This document shows positions 46,292 to 64,000 of a stretch of DNA of 64,000 bases, piece by piece; the first letter of the stretch is position 1, and each line of letters starts with the position of its first letter. This DNA comes from Escherichia coli. GTDB lineage: Bacteria; Pseudomonadota; Gammaproteobacteria; Enterobacterales; Enterobacteriaceae. The stretch lies in assembly GCF_044324875.1 (NCBI RefSeq), contig NZ_CP172185.1; one strand, given 5' to 3'. Both the position numbers and the translations under genes were made by a program. The notes beneath the pieces were generated by a model. The model did not search any database and had not been told where the DNA came from. It saw nothing but the letters and a program-made list of their open reading frames with translations.

Positions 46292-46510
46292 TTATTCGCG
46301 AAACTGACTGCGCGGCATGATATTGACCGTTTCGTGCAGCTCCGACCATACCAGCACCGCTTCTCCGCACTGTAGCTGGCGTTTGACGTCGGCGACTTTC
46401 TGTTCAAGTGTACGCTCATGTTCACCATAATCGGTGCCTTCACGTAACACAAAGCTTTCAATTAAATTTTCCAGCGTTTCGGGGGAGAGGTCTTGCCACG
46501 GAATCAACAT
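46292..46510 (-). CDS. yheU: YheU (UPF0270-family small protein)
   Basis: 72-aa ORF overlapping the yheT start region. Confidence 0.8.
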
Positions 46511-47526
46511 GATTTCGCCTCCAGATACGTTGTTAACCAGTCAGGAATACGTGACTCCAGCCACATTTGCGGATGAAGTAATGTACCGCCAATAAAGCCA
46601 ACATGACCGCCATGTTCAGTCAGCTGATACTCCACCTGCGGGGGGAGACTTTCCGGTTTCGGGATCACCTGATGATCCATAAACGGATCGTCTTTGGCGT
46701 GAATAATCAGCGTCGGTTTGGCTATCCGATTAAGCATCGGCATGGCGCTACACTGACGATAATAGTCGATAGCGTCAGCGTAGCCGTGAATTCTGGCGGT
46801 GATGAGATCGTCAAATTCACGGATGCGACGTACCGATTTTAACTGCGCGAGATTAATCGGCAGCGTTCCGGGGTAGGCTGCCAGCTTGCGCGCGGCATTG
46901 GCTTTTAACAGGTTCAGCAAGTAACGCTGATAAACGCGGGAAAAGCCCTTTTCCATATGGTAACTACAGGCCTCCAGCATAAATGGCGCGGAGACAATTA
47001 CCGCTGCATCAATCGGGAGGTTATTACCTTCTTTTGCCAGCAAACAGGCCAGCATATTTCCGCCGAGCGAATAGCCGACGGCAGCCGTTGGCGCATGACC
47101 AAATTCGCGTTGCAGCCAGCGTAAAAACCAACTGGCGTCTTCGGTTTCGCCCGAATGGTAAATGCGGTGCATACGGTTTGGTTCACCGCTGCATCCGCGA
47201 AAATGCATCACCACGCCCAGCCAGCCACGCTTTTGCGCCGCCTCAACCAGACCGTGGGCGTAAGGGCTATTGAGACTGCCTTCCAGCCCGTGAAACACGA
47301 CTAAACGCGGTTTATGCCGCGCCTGTGCAGGATCTTCACTCCACGCGAGATCGACAAAATCGCCGTCGGGCAACTCCAGTCGCTGCCAGTGTGGGGTGAA
47401 TTTCACCTGACGACGAAACAGACGCGGCAGCATGGTTTGTAGATGACAATTGCTAAAGCCGCGCATGGGGGTGAATTCAGCACTGCTGCTGAATTCATTG
47501 GCATCGGTCGTCGTTATCTGCGCCAT
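46504..47526 (-). CDS. yheT: YheT, alpha/beta-hydrolase-fold protein
   Basis: 340-aa ORF with a GxSxG-type nucleophile elbow (GYSLGG). Confidence 0.85.
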
Positions 47527-49439
47527 CAGTTGCTTTGGCCTTCCAGCAGCATCTGCTCAAGCTGCTCCTGGGCTTCCAGCCACGCCATTTCGCACTCTTC
47601 CAGGCCGGATTTGGCGCTGGCTTGCTGTTGCAGGCAGGCGGTCAACTCCGCTTTACGGCTTTGATCGTACAGTTCGCTGTCGCCGAGTTTCTCTTCCGCC
47701 TGCGCCAGCTGTGCGTTCAGCTTCTCCATCTCTTTTTCCAGACGGGCAATCTCTTTACGCAGTGGCTGGGTTTGCGCACGCAGCTCCGCTTCCCGACGTT
47801 TCTGATCTTTACGTGCCTGGGCGCTGTTCGCGTTCTCTTTTGGCGCTTCGTCGGTCTGGTTTTCCTGCTTTTGTACGTCGCTCAACCACTGTTGATAATC
47901 TTCCAGATCGCCGTCGAACGGTTCGACTTTATGATCGTGAACCAGGTAGAGATCGTCAGTGGTGGAACGCAGCAAATGACGGTCGTGCGAGACGACAACC
48001 AGCGCGCCTTCGAACTCGATTAATGCTTCGGTGAGTGCCTGACGCATGTCGAGGTCAAGGTGGTTAGTCGGTTCGTCGAGCAGCAGCAGATTCGGACGCT
48101 GCCAGACGATTAATGCCAGCACCAGGCGGGCTTTTTCCCCACCGGAAAAGCGGCGCGTTTCTTCCGTCACTTTATCGCCCTGGAAACCAAAGCCGCCGAG
48201 GTAGTCACGCAGTTTTTGCTCCAGTTCCTGCGGCGCTAAACGTGCCAGATGTTGAATAGGCGATTCGTCGGCGCTCAGGTATTCAAGTTGATGCTGGGCG
48301 AAGTAGCCGAGCTTGATCCCTTTCGCCAGACCAATTTCACCGCTGACTGGCGCAAGTTCACCGGCTAACAGTTTGATTAATGTCGATTTACCCGCGCCGT
48401 TGCGGCCTAGCAGACCAATGCGCGAGCCGGGGACCAGATTCAGTTTAATCGAGTCGAGAATAATGCGATCGCCATAGCCTGCGCTGACCTTTTCCATCTT
48501 CAGTAACGGATTTGGCAGGCTTTCCGGCGCGCGGAAGCTAAAGCGGAACGGGTTGTCGACGTGCGCGGGGGCAATCAGCTCCATACGCTCAAGCATCTTA
48601 ATGCGGCTCTGGGCCTGCTTCGCTTTGGTGGCTTTGGCACGGAAACGGTCGATATAACTTTGCAGATGCGCCACGCGTTCCTGCTGGCTTTCGTACATCG
48701 CTTGTTGCTGCGCCAGACGGGTGGCGCGCTGCACTTCAAACGAACTGTAGTTGCCGGTGTACTCGAACATGCTTTGTTGTTCGATATGAATAATTTTATC
48801 AACGATCGGATCGAGGAAGTCGCGGTCGTGAGAGATCAGGATCAGTGTGCCCTGATAGCTCTTCAGCCATTTTTCCAGCCAGATAACAGCATCGAGATCG
48901 AGGTGGTTAGTCGGTTCGTCGAGCAGCAGCAAGTCTGAACGGCAAATCAGCGCCTGGGCAAGGTTAAGACGCATACGCCAGCCACCAGAGAAATCACTTA
49001 CCGGGCGCTCCAGTTGTTCATTGCTGAAACCGAGGCCGTGCAGCAGGCTGGCGGCACGGGAGCGAATACTCCATGCGTCAATAGCATCCAGCTTGCCATG
49101 AATAGTGGCGATGGCGTGCCCGTCGTTACGTTCGTTGGCGTCGTGTAGCTGCGCTTCCAGTTGACGATATTCACGGTCGCCGTCAATGACATATTCCAGC
49201 GCCGCTTGCGGTAACGCCGGCGTTTCCTGATTCACCCACGCCAGTTGCCAGCTTCCCGGAAAGGTGTAGCTGCCGCCGTCGGCGCTGATTTCATTTTTCA
49301 GCAATGCCAGCAGGGTAGATTTACCACAGCCGTTTTTACCCACCAGGCCGACTTTCTGCCCGGGGTTGATGGTGGCGGTGGCATTATCCAGCAGGACGCG
49401 CACGCCGCGACGAATTTGTAACGAGGAGAAAACAATCAT
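47526..49439 (-). CDS. yheS: YheS, ABC-F family ATPase (tandem ABC domains, no transmembrane domain)
   Basis: 637-aa ORF; two Walker A sites (GKNGCGKST, GRNGAGKST) and two LSGG-type signatures; coiled-coil C-terminus. Confidence 0.9.
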   Translation of the reverse strand: MIVFSSLQIRRGVRVLLDNATATINPGQKVGLVGKNGCGKSTLLALLKNEISADGGSYTFPGSWQLAWVNQETPALPQAALEYVIDGDREYRQLEAQLHDANERNDGHAIATIHGKLDAIDAWSIRSRAASLLHGLGFSNEQLERPVSDFSGGWRMRLNLAQALICRSDLLLLDEPTNHLDLDAVIWLEKWLKSYQGTLILISHDRDFLDPIVDKIIHIEQQSMFEYTGNYSSFEVQRATRLAQQQAMYESQQERVAHLQSYIDRFRAKATKAKQAQSRIKMLERMELIAPAHVDNPFRFSFRAPESLPNPLLKMEKVSAGYGDRIILDSIKLNLVPGSRIGLLGRNGAGKSTLIKLLAGELAPVSGEIGLAKGIKLGYFAQHQLEYLSADESPIQHLARLAPQELEQKLRDYLGGFGFQGDKVTEETRRFSGGEKARLVLALIVWQRPNLLLLDEPTNHLDLDMRQALTEALIEFEGALVVVSHDRHLLRSTTDDLYLVHDHKVEPFDGDLEDYQQWLSDVQKQENQTDEAPKENANSAQARKDQKRREAELRAQTQPLRKEIARLEKEMEKLNAQLAQAEEKLGDSELYDQSRKAELTACLQQQASAKSGLEECEMAWLEAQEQLEQMLLEGQSN

Positions 49440-49566
49440 AAGGTGCCGTATGTTCAGACTATGTTAACTTATCATTATGATAATGTAATGTATGGGCGAG
49501 CTGCCGCACCGGGCGCAATGGTAGCCCAAAACAGCGACTATACACAAAAACCATACCGGGAGGGGG

Positions 49567-50121
49567 ATGATGTCTCAGCCAGCGAAAGTTTTGCTGCTGT
49601 ATGCCCATCCGGAATCTCAGGACTCGGTGGCAAACCGGGTACTGCTTAAACCGGCCACGCAGCTCAGCAATGTTACCGTGCACGACCTTTACGCGCACTA
49701 TCCCGATTTTTTTATTGATATCCCCCGTGAGCAGGCATTACTGCGCGAGCACGAGGTGATTGTCTTTCAGCATCCTCTTTATACCTATAGCTGCCCGGCG
49801 CTACTGAAAGAGTGGCTGGACCGGGTATTAAGTCGTGGTTTTGCCAGCGGGCCGGGGGGAAACCAACTGGCGGGAAAGTACTGGCGTAGCGTGATTACCA
49901 CCGGCGAGCCGGAAAGTGCTTACCGTTATGACGCCTTGAATCGCTACCCGATGAGCGATGTTCTGCGCCCCTTTGAACTAGCGGCGGGCATGTGCCGGAT
50001 GCATTGGTTGAGTCCCATCATTATTTACTGGGCGAGACGGCAAAGCGCACAGGAGCTGGCGAGTCACGCCAGAGCCTACGGTGACTGGCTGGCAAATCCG
50101 CTGTCTCCAGGAGGCCGCTGA
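49567..50121 (+). CDS. kefG: KefG, ancillary subunit of the glutathione-regulated K+ efflux system
   Basis: 184-aa quinone-oxidoreductase-like ORF overlapping the kefB start. Confidence 0.9.
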
Positions 50122-51926
50122 TGGAAGGTTCCGATTTTTTACTCGCAGGAGTGTTGTTTCTCTTCGCGGCGGTGGCTGCGGTGCCGCTGGCATCGCGGCT
50201 GGGTATTGGCGCTGTGTTGGGATATTTGCTGGCAGGGATTGCAATTGGCCCGTGGGGGCTGGGTTTTATTAGCGACGTCGATGAGATCCTCCACTTTTCG
50301 GAACTCGGCGTGGTGTTCCTGATGTTTATCATCGGCCTGGAGTTGAATCCCTCCAAGCTTTGGCAATTGCGGCGTTCGATTTTTGGCGTAGGTGCAGCAC
50401 AGGTGCTGTTAAGCGCGGCGTTGCTGGCGGGATTATTGATGCTGACGGATTTCGCCTGGCAGGCGGCGGTGGTCGGTGGCATTGGCCTTGCGATGTCTTC
50501 AACTGCAATGGCGTTGCAATTGATGCGTGAGAAAGGGATGAATCGCAGCGAATCCGGGCAGTTAGGTTTTTCGGTTCTGCTGTTTCAGGATCTGGCGGTG
50601 ATCCCGGCGCTGGCGTTAGTACCGTTACTGGCGGGTTCGGCAGACGAACATTTCGACTGGATGAAGATCGGCATGAAGGTGCTGGCGTTTGTCGGCATGC
50701 TGATTGGGGGACGCTATTTACTGCGTCCGGTATTCCGTTTTATTGCAGCTTCTGGCGTGCGGGAAGTGTTCACCGCCGCGACGCTACTGCTGGTGTTGGG
50801 TTCCGCAATGTTTATGGATGCGCTGGGGCTGTCGATGGCGCTCGGTACGTTTATTGCGGGCGTGTTGCTGGCAGAAAGCGAATATCGCCACGAACTGGAA
50901 ACAGCTATCGACCCGTTTAAGGGGTTGCTGCTCGGTTTGTTCTTTATCTCTGTCGGCATGTCGCTCAATCTCGGGGTGCTTTATACCCATCTGTTGTGGG
51001 TAGTGATAAGCGTGGTTGTGCTGGTGGCGGTGAAAATTCTCGTGTTGTATCTGCTGGCGCGATTGTATGGCGTGCGTAGCTCAGAGCGGATGCAGTTTGC
51101 TGGCGTGTTGAGTCAGGGCGGCGAGTTTGCCTTTGTCCTCTTTTCTACCGCTTCTTCGCAACGCTTATTCCAGGGCGACCAGATGGCGCTGTTGCTGGTG
51201 ACGGTGACGCTTTCCATGATGACCACGCCGTTGCTGATGAAGCTGGTGGATAAATGGCTATCCCGCCAGTTTAACGGACCGGAAGAAGAAGACGAAAAAC
51301 CGTGGGTCAACGATGATAAACCCCAGGTCATTGTCGTGGGCTTCGGGCGTTTTGGTCAGGTGATTGGTCGTTTGCTGATGGCAAATAAAATGCGCATTAC
51401 TGTGCTGGAGCGGGATATCAGTGCCGTTAACCTGATGCGCAAATATGGCTACAAAGTTTATTACGGCGACGCCACGCAGGTCGATCTGTTACGTTCTGCG
51501 GGAGCAGAGGCCGCTGAGTCTATCGTCATTACCTGTAACGAGCCGGAAGACACCATGAAGCTGGTGGACATATGCCAGCAGCACTTTCCGCATTTGCATA
51601 TTCTTGCGCGAGCGCGCGGACGTGTGGAAGCGCATGAGTTATTACAGGCAGGGGTGACGCAGTTTTCCCGTGAAACATTCTCCAGTGCGTTAGAGCTGGG
51701 GCGCAAGACGCTGGTCACGCTTGGCATGCATCCGCATCAGGCACAGCGGGCGCAACTGCATTTTCGTCGCCTGGATATGCGGATGCTGCGAGAGCTCATC
51801 CCAATGCATACCGATACCGTACAAATTTCTCGCGCCAGGGAAGCCCGACGCGAACTGGAAGAGATTTTCCAGCGTGAAATGCAACAAGAACGACGCCAGC
51901 TGGACGGCTGGGATGAATTTGAGTAG
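50121..51926 (+). CDS. kefB: KefB, glutathione-regulated potassium-efflux antiporter
   Basis: 601-aa ORF; membrane CPA2 domain plus C-terminal KTN/RCK nucleotide-binding domain ([11 protein letters not shown]). Confidence 0.93.
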   Translation: MEGSDFLLAGVLFLFAAVAAVPLASRLGIGAVLGYLLAGIAIGPWGLGFISDVDEILHFSELGVVFLMFIIGLELNPSKLWQLRRSIFGVGAAQVLLSAALLAGLLMLTDFAWQAAVVGGIGLAMSSTAMALQLMREKGMNRSESGQLGFSVLLFQDLAVIPALALVPLLAGSADEHFDWMKIGMKVLAFVGMLIGGRYLLRPVFRFIAASGVREVFTAATLLLVLGSAMFMDALGLSMALGTFIAGVLLAESEYRHELETAIDPFKGLLLGLFFISVGMSLNLGVLYTHLLWVVISVVVLVAVKILVLYLLARLYGVRSSERMQFAGVLSQGGEFAFVLFSTASSQRLFQGDQMALLLVTVTLSMMTTPLLMKLVDKWLSRQFNGPEEEDEKPWVNDDKPQVIVVGFGRFGQVIGRLLMANKMRITVLERDISAVNLMRKYGYKVYYGDATQVDLLRSAGAEAAESIVITCNEPEDTMKLVDICQQHFPHLHILARARGRVEAHELLQAGVTQFSRETFSSALELGRKTLVTLGMHPHQAQRAQLHFRRLDMRMLRELIPMHTDTVQISRAREARRELEEIFQREMQQERRQLDGWDEFE

Positions 51927-51935
51927 AGGGTAAAG

Positions 51936-52136
51936 ATGGCAATCCGAAAACGTTTTATTGCGGGCGCAAAATGCCCGGCCTGTCAGGCACAGGATTCAAT
52001 GGCGATGTGGCGCGAAAATAATATTGATATTGTTGAATGTGTTAAGTGTGGACATCAGATGCGAGAAGCAGACAAAGAAGCCCGCGATCACGTTCGCAAA
52101 GATGAGCAAGTGATCGGGATTTTTCATCCGGACTAG
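51936..52136 (+). CDS. yheV: YheV, small zinc-ribbon protein
   Basis: 66-aa ORF with CPAC...CVKCGH cysteine pairs. Confidence 0.8.
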   Translation: MAIRKRFIAGAKCPACQAQDSMAMWRENNIDIVECVKCGHQMREADKEARDHVRKDEQVIGIFHPD

Positions 52137-52230
52137 CGATATGCGCCGAGTTTTTTTAAGCTAGTGAGTACACGGCTGCAGAATTCCGCTACAATCTGCG
52201 CCACTATTCTTCCCATGCTCAGGAGATATC

Positions 52231-52821
52231 ATGAAAGTAGCAAAAGACCTGGTGGTCAGCCTGGCCTATCAGGTACGTACAGAAGACGGTGTGTTGGTTG
52301 ATGAGTCTCCGGTGAGTGCGCCGCTGGACTACCTGCATGGTCACGGTTCCCTGATCTCTGGCCTGGAAACGGCGCTGGAAGGTCATGAAGTTGGCGACAA
52401 ATTTGATGTCGCTGTTGGCGCGAACGACGCTTACGGTCAGTACGACGAAAACCTGGTGCAACGCGTTCCTAAAGACGTATTTATGGGCGTTGATGAACTG
52501 CAGGTTGGTATGCGTTTCCTGGCTGAAACCGACCAGGGTCCGGTACCGGTTGAAATCACTGCGGTTGAAGACGATCACGTCGTGGTTGATGGTAACCACA
52601 TGCTGGCCGGTCAGAACCTGAACTTCAACGTTGAAGTTGTGGCGATTCGCGAAGCGACTGAAGAAGAACTGGCTCATGGCCACGTTCACGGTGCGCACGA
52701 TCATCACCACGATCACGACCACGACGGTTGCTGCGGTGGTCATGGCCACGATCACGGTCATGAACACGGTGGCGAAGGCTGCTGCGGCGGTAAAGGTAAC
52801 GGCGGTTGCGGTTGCCACTAA
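52231..52821 (+). CDS. slyD: SlyD, FKBP-type peptidyl-prolyl isomerase with metal-binding His/Cys-rich tail
   Basis: 196-aa ORF; C-terminal HGHVHGAHDHHHDHDHDGCCGGHGHDHGHEHGGEGCCGG tail. Confidence 0.93.
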   Translation: MKVAKDLVVSLAYQVRTEDGVLVDESPVSAPLDYLHGHGSLISGLETALEGHEVGDKFDVAVGANDAYGQYDENLVQRVPKDVFMGVDELQVGMRFLAETDQGPVPVEITAVEDDHVVVDGNHMLAGQNLNFNVEVVAIREATEEELAHGHVHGAHDHHHDHDHDGCCGGHGHDHGHEHGGEGCCGGKGNGGCGCH

Positions 52822-52837
52822 TACCGAAAACGTGACA

Positions 52838-52866
52838 AAAAAGCGGGGAATCCCCGCTTTTTTTAC
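52838..52866. terminator. Bidirectional rho-independent terminator between convergent slyD and slyX
   Basis: aaaaaagcgggga-a-tccccgcttttttt: a GC hairpin flanked by A- and T-runs. Confidence 0.7.
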
Positions 52867-52869
52867 GCC

Positions 52870-53088
52870 TCAATAATGTGGCGGTGGCGTTTCTTCAGCC
52901 TGCGACGCGATGTTCGACGGCTGGCTGGCTTTTAGCTTCTCGGTCAGCAGACGCAGATGATCGCGCAGTTTCGCCATCTCCATTTCATGAGCGGTCACCG
53001 TGACGTTCAGTTCTTCAATGGTGATTTCCTGAAAAGCCAGTCGGCTCTCCAGCTCTGCCAGGCGTGCTTCCAATGATAAATCCTGCAT
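52870..53088 (-). CDS. slyX: SlyX (small coiled-coil protein)
   Basis: 72-aa ORF. Confidence 0.85.
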
Positions 53089-53308
53089 GATTCACCTCTT
53101 TTGTCGAATGGTCGCCGCGGATTCTACTTAACTTTGCTGCCCGAGACAGCACTCATTTCGCGGTCATCGAAACTAATTTAAACAAAAAGAGTCTGAAAAT
53201 AGATGATAATAGGGCGTGTCTGTATGTAGATTTGTTCGACAACGCTTTATAGTACCCTTCTGATAATAGTTAACCCTGGGGTGAGATGCCCCGATCCTGG
53301 AGATATGG

Positions 53309-54121
53309 ATGAAATCACTGTTTAAAGTAACGCTGCTGGCGACCACAATGGCCGTTGCCCTGCATGCACCGATCACTTTTGCTGCTGAAGCTGCAAAACC
53401 TGCTACAACTGCTGACAGCAAAGCAGCGTTCAAAAATGACGATCAGAAATCAGCTTATGCACTGGGTGCTTCGCTGGGTCGTTACATGGAAAACTCTCTT
53501 AAAGAACAAGAAAAACTGGGCATCAAACTGGATAAAGATCAGCTGATCGCTGGTGTTCAGGATGCATTTGCTGATAAGAGCAAACTCTCCGACCAAGAGA
53601 TCGAACAGACACTGCAAGCATTCGAAGCTCGCGTGAAGTCTTCTGCTCAGGCGAAGATGGAAAAAGACGCGGCAGATAACGAAGCGAAAGGTAAAGAGTA
53701 CCGCGAGAAATTTGCCAAAGAGAAAGGTGTGAAAACCTCTTCAACTGGTCTGGTTTATCAGGTAGTCGAAGCCGGTAAAGGCGAAGCACCGAAAGACAGC
53801 GATACTGTTGTCGTGAACTACAAAGGTACGCTGATCGACGGTAAAGAGTTCGACAACTCTTACACCCGTGGTGAACCGCTCTCTTTCCGTCTGGACGGTG
53901 TTATTCCGGGTTGGACAGAAGGTCTGAAGAACATCAAGAAAGGCGGTAAGATCAAACTGGTTATTCCACCAGAACTGGCTTACGGCAAAGCGGGTGTTCC
54001 GGGGATCCCACCGAATTCTACCCTGGTGTTTGACGTAGAGCTGCTGGATGTGAAACCAGCGCCGAAGGCTGATGCAAAGCCGGAAGCTGATGCGAAAGCC
54101 GCAGATTCTGCTAAAAAATAA
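53309..54121 (+). CDS. fkpA: FkpA, periplasmic FKBP-type peptidyl-prolyl isomerase / chaperone
   Basis: 270-aa ORF with signal peptide and C-terminal FKBP domain. Confidence 0.93.
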   Translation: MKSLFKVTLLATTMAVALHAPITFAAEAAKPATTADSKAAFKNDDQKSAYALGASLGRYMENSLKEQEKLGIKLDKDQLIAGVQDAFADKSKLSDQEIEQTLQAFEARVKSSAQAKMEKDAADNEAKGKEYREKFAKEKGVKTSSTGLVYQVVEAGKGEAPKDSDTVVVNYKGTLIDGKEFDNSYTRGEPLSFRLDGVIPGWTEGLKNIKKGGKIKLVIPPELAYGKAGVPGIPPNSTLVFDVELLDVKPAPKADAKPEADAKAADSAKK

Positions 54122-54130
54122 GCATTAAGA

Positions 54131-54160
54131 ACCGCCGCCTGACCAGGCGGCGGTTTTTTT
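54131..54160 (+). terminator. Rho-independent terminator of fkpA
   Basis: accgccgcctg-acc-aggcggcggt hairpin followed by a T-run. Confidence 0.8.
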
Positions 54161-54287
54161 ATTACAGGCCGGATATAATTAGTGCTGGAAAGCGGAACCT
54201 CCGCTGTATTAATTTAGTTACCCGCATCATTAATGAGCCTGCCCTGAAAAGTTAACGACAGGCTCCTGAAAAGGAGTGTTTTTTTTC

Positions 54288-55395
<1,108 letters not shown>

Positions 55396-55396
<1 letters not shown>

Positions 55397-55755
55397 TGAA
55401 ACGAATTGCGTTTGTTTTTTCTACTGCGCCTCATGGTACAGCTGCAGGCCGGGAAGGTTTAGATGCTTTACTGGCAACTTCCGCATTAACTGACGATCTG
55501 GCTGTCTTCTTTATAGCTGATGGCGTTTTTCAGCTGCTGCCAGGACAAAAGCCCGATGCAGTGCTGGCGCGTGATTACATTGCCACTTTTAAATTGTTGG
55601 GTCTGTACGACATTGAACAGTGCTGGGTTTGTGCGGCTTCACTGCGCGAACGCGGGTTAGATCCGCAGACACCCTTTGTTGTCGAAGCCACGCCGCTCGA
55701 AGCAGATGCCTTACGCCGCGAACTCGCCAACTACGATGTTATTTTGAGGTTTTGA
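55396..55755 (+). CDS. tusC: Sulfurtransferase complex subunit TusC
   Basis: 119-aa ORF; ATGA overlap with the tusD stop. Confidence 0.9.
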
Positions 55756-55762
55756 GGCGTTT

Positions 55763-56050
55763 ATGCTGCATACATTACATCGTTCACCCTGGCTGACGGA
55801 TTTTGCTGCGCTGCTGCGTCTGCTCAGTGAAGGCGACGAACTGCTGTTATTGCAAGATGGCGTAACTGCCGCAGTTGACGGTAACCGCTACCTTGAAAGT
55901 CTGCGTAATGCCCCCATTAAGGTCTATGCCCTGAACGAAGACCTTATTGCCCGCGGTTTGACTGGTCAAATTTCGAACGATATCATTCTCATTGACTATA
56001 CTGATTTCGTCAGACTTACGGTTAAGCACTCCAGCCAGATGGCCTGGTGA
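55763..56050 (+). CDS. tusB: Sulfurtransferase complex subunit TusB
   Basis: 95-aa ORF. Confidence 0.9.
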   Translation: MLHTLHRSPWLTDFAALLRLLSEGDELLLLQDGVTAAVDGNRYLESLRNAPIKVYALNEDLIARGLTGQISNDIILIDYTDFVRLTVKHSSQMAW

Positions 56051-56076
56051 TGGCGGGATCGTTGTATATTTCTTGA

Positions 56077-56550
<474 letters not shown>

Positions 56551-56631
56551 TGGTTCTCCGTTAAGTAAGGCCAAACGTTTTAACTTAAATGTCAAACTAA
56601 ACTCGTAGAGTTTTGGACAATCCTGAATTAA

Positions 56632-57117
<486 letters not shown>

Positions 57118-57201
57118 TCCCTTCGGAGTTTTAGTCACCAGGCGGGCGCTTCCAGTAAGCAGCCCGCTTTGGGCTACTTAAATTGAACGCCTAAAAGATA
57201 A

Positions 57202-59328
<2,127 letters not shown>

Positions 59329-59341
59329 GCCTAAGGGTTAA

Positions 59342-60583
<1,242 letters not shown>

Positions 60584-60607
60584 TTACACGTTAATTAGTT
60601 TCGAATT

Positions 60608-60634
60608 AAAAAGGGCGCTTCGGCGCCCTTTTTG
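60608..60634 (+). terminator. Rho-independent terminator of the str operon (after tufA)
   Basis: aagggcgc-ttcg-gcgccctt hairpin followed by ttt. Confidence 0.8.
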
Positions 60635-60765
60635 CTGCCCGTAATTTGAGCTCGAAATATTTAGTCGCAATTTCACTCGCTGAACTATGGCGCAAATAAA
60701 ACTGTGCTATTGTAATCATAACCATTCTCATTTACACTTTGCGCAGAATTTGAACGGGAGCAATC

Positions 60766-60960
60766 ATGTACGTTTGTTTGTGTAATGGTGTAAGTGACAA
60801 AAAAATTCGCCAGGCAGTCCGTCAGTTTCATCCGCAATCTTTCCAACAATTGCGTAAGTTTATTCCTGTGGGAAATCAATGCGGTAAGTGCATTCGCGCC
60901 GCGCGCGAAGTGATGCAGGACGAGTTGATGCAGATGCCAGAATTTAAAGAGATTGCCTGA
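60766..60960 (+). CDS. bfd: Bacterioferritin-associated ferredoxin
   Basis: 64-aa ORF with the four-Cys 2Fe-2S pattern (C4, C6, C39, C42). Confidence 0.88.
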   Translation: MYVCLCNGVSDKKIRQAVRQFHPQSFQQLRKFIPVGNQCGKCIRAAREVMQDELMQMPEFKEIA

Positions 60961-61032
60961 AGCCCACGCTTATTTTTTGACATCCCGCTAGCCCCATCTA
61001 CGCTCTAATAGTGGAAGCGGAGGGACTATAAA

Positions 61033-61509
61033 ATGAAAGGTGATGTTAAAATCATAAATTATCTCAATAAACTATTGGGAAATGAGCTTGTCGCAATCAA
61101 TCAGTATTTTCTCCATGCCCGGATGTTTAAAAACTGGGGCCTGATGCGTCTTAATGACGTCGAATACCATGAATCTATCGATGAGATGAAACACGCTGAT
61201 AAATATATCGAGCGTATTTTGTTTTTAGAAGGAATCCCCAACTTACAGGATTTAGGCAAACTGGGGATTGGTGAAGATGTCGAGGAGATGCTGCAATCCG
61301 ACCTGCGATTAGAACTGGAAGGCGCGAAGGATCTCCGTGAGGCTATCGCGTATGCCGACAGCGTTCATGACTATGTTAGCCGTGATATGATGATCGAGAT
61401 CCTTGCCGATGAAGAAGGTCATATTGACTGGCTCGAAACTGAGTTGGATCTCATCGGTAAAATCGGTCTACAAAATTACCTGCAATCACAAATAAAAGTT
61501 AAAGATTAA
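61033..61509 (+). CDS. bfr: Bacterioferritin
   Basis: 158-aa ORF; ferritin-like four-helix bundle. Confidence 0.93.
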   Translation: MKGDVKIINYLNKLLGNELVAINQYFLHARMFKNWGLMRLNDVEYHESIDEMKHADKYIERILFLEGIPNLQDLGKLGIGEDVEEMLQSDLRLELEGAKDLREAIAYADSVHDYVSRDMMIEILADEEGHIDWLETELDLIGKIGLQNYLQSQIKVKD

Positions 61510-61973
61510 CGGCCTGCCAGCAAACTATCCCAGCCTACAACGAAACCCGCAGCCGCCAGAAATGGACCAAACGGCAGCGGGTTTTTTAATGACTCTTTTC
61601 CTCTCATAAGCAAACCAATAACTACGGCTCCGCAAGCGAATGAGGCAGCAAGGAAAACCAGTCGTGGCAAGAAGGTCCATGTATGCCAGGCACCAAGGGC
61701 GGCGAGAAACTTCACATCACCATAGCCTAATCCTTCTTTATGGCGCAGTATGCGATACCCCCAGTAAATGACAGCGAATGTGCCGTAACCAATAATCGCC
61801 CCCCATAACGCATCGGCTAAACCGTCAGGATTACAAACTTGATAGAACAAAAGACCTGACCAGAGTAACGGGCAGGTAAACCTGTCAGGTAACAAGCCAT
61901 GCTTTGCATCCCAGAAAAAAAGTAGGGTTGATAAACAAGCGTACAAAATCAGAAAGGGAAGGGCAGCGTCCAT
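61506..61973 (-). CDS. Short prepilin (leader) peptidase-like membrane protein, peptidase domain only (HopD/GspO-like)
   Basis: 155-aa ORF with the two aspartate motifs typical of A24 prepilin peptidases (LLPDRF and [18 protein letters not shown]); no N-terminal methyltransferase region; convergent 4-nt overlap with bfr. Confidence 0.7.
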   Translation of the reverse strand: MDAALPFLILYACLSTLLFFWDAKHGLLPDRFTCPLLWSGLLFYQVCNPDGLADALWGAIIGYGTFAVIYWGYRILRHKEGLGYGDVKFLAALGAWHTWTFLPRLVFLAASFACGAVVIGLLMRGKESLKNPLPFGPFLAAAGFVVGWDSLLAGR

Positions 61974-62146
61974 AAAATATCCTCTGTAATTGGAGTATCA
62001 CCATCGAATAACTCCGGATGCTCAGCAACAGAGAAATCGCTGATTTGTTAACCTGGTTCCGGTGAAAAACGCTATCTTCACAACCTTACAAATTTCGTGG
62101 AATGCAGCTCGCAATCTGCGCGTTGCGATTAATTTCTACCCGATGC

Positions 62147-62174
62147 TTGCGTCAGGCTCAGATTTGCGTATAAT
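62147..62174 (+). promoter_or_regulatory. Candidate S10 operon promoter (-35 ttgcgt, 16-bp spacer, -10 tataat)
   Basis: Consensus-like -10 at 62169-62174 with a plausible -35 at 62147-62152, about 180 bp upstream of rpsJ. Confidence 0.55.
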
Positions 62175-62663
<489 letters not shown>

Positions 62664-62683
62664 TCAGGTCATTGAGCGATTGA

Positions 62684-64000
<1,317 letters not shown>

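Noticed and set aside
52219-52818. 199-aa minus-strand ORF antisense to slyD
   Set aside because: Mirror frame of the repetitive His/Asp/Gly-rich slyD tail; no independent coding evidence.

Overview
This window reads as a contiguous piece of Escherichia coli-type (E. coli/Shigella) core chromosome, in the orientation opposite to the K-12 map. I recognise the gene order from memory of K-12 and from the translated ORFs; no database search was run. In window order: igaA (3' portion) - nudE - mrcA - hofMNOPQ - aroK-aroB-damX-dam-rpe-gph-trpS - yhfZ-yhfY-yhfX-yhfW-php-yhfU-yhfT-yhfS - frlRDCBA - yhfL - cysG-nirC-nirD-nirB - tsgA - ppiA - yhfG-fic-pabA - argD - yhfK - crp - yhfA - prkB - yheU-yheT-yheS - kefG-kefB-yheV - slyD - slyX - fkpA - yheO-tusDCB - rpsL-rpsG-fusA-tufA - bfd-bfr - a short prepilin-peptidase-like gene - rpsJ-rplC-rplD-rplW (5' end). 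Coding density is high and every intergenic gap over about 100 bp is accounted for by promoters, terminators or REP-like hairpins. I found no rRNA, tRNA or CRISPR array. Three things differ from the K-12 arrangement I remember: (1) a 2.64 kb IS21-family element (istA-istB) is inserted in yhfY with a 7-bp target duplication; (2) chiA is absent between tufA and bfd, and the gspAB/gspC-O genes are absent between bfr and rpsJ, leaving only a 155-aa peptidase-like ORF; (3) rpsG is the short 156-aa form. I did not find a convincing previously undescribed multi-gene system. The most worthwhile targets are the IS-disrupted, poorly characterised yhfZYXW-php-yhfUTS cluster and the yhfG-fic pair.
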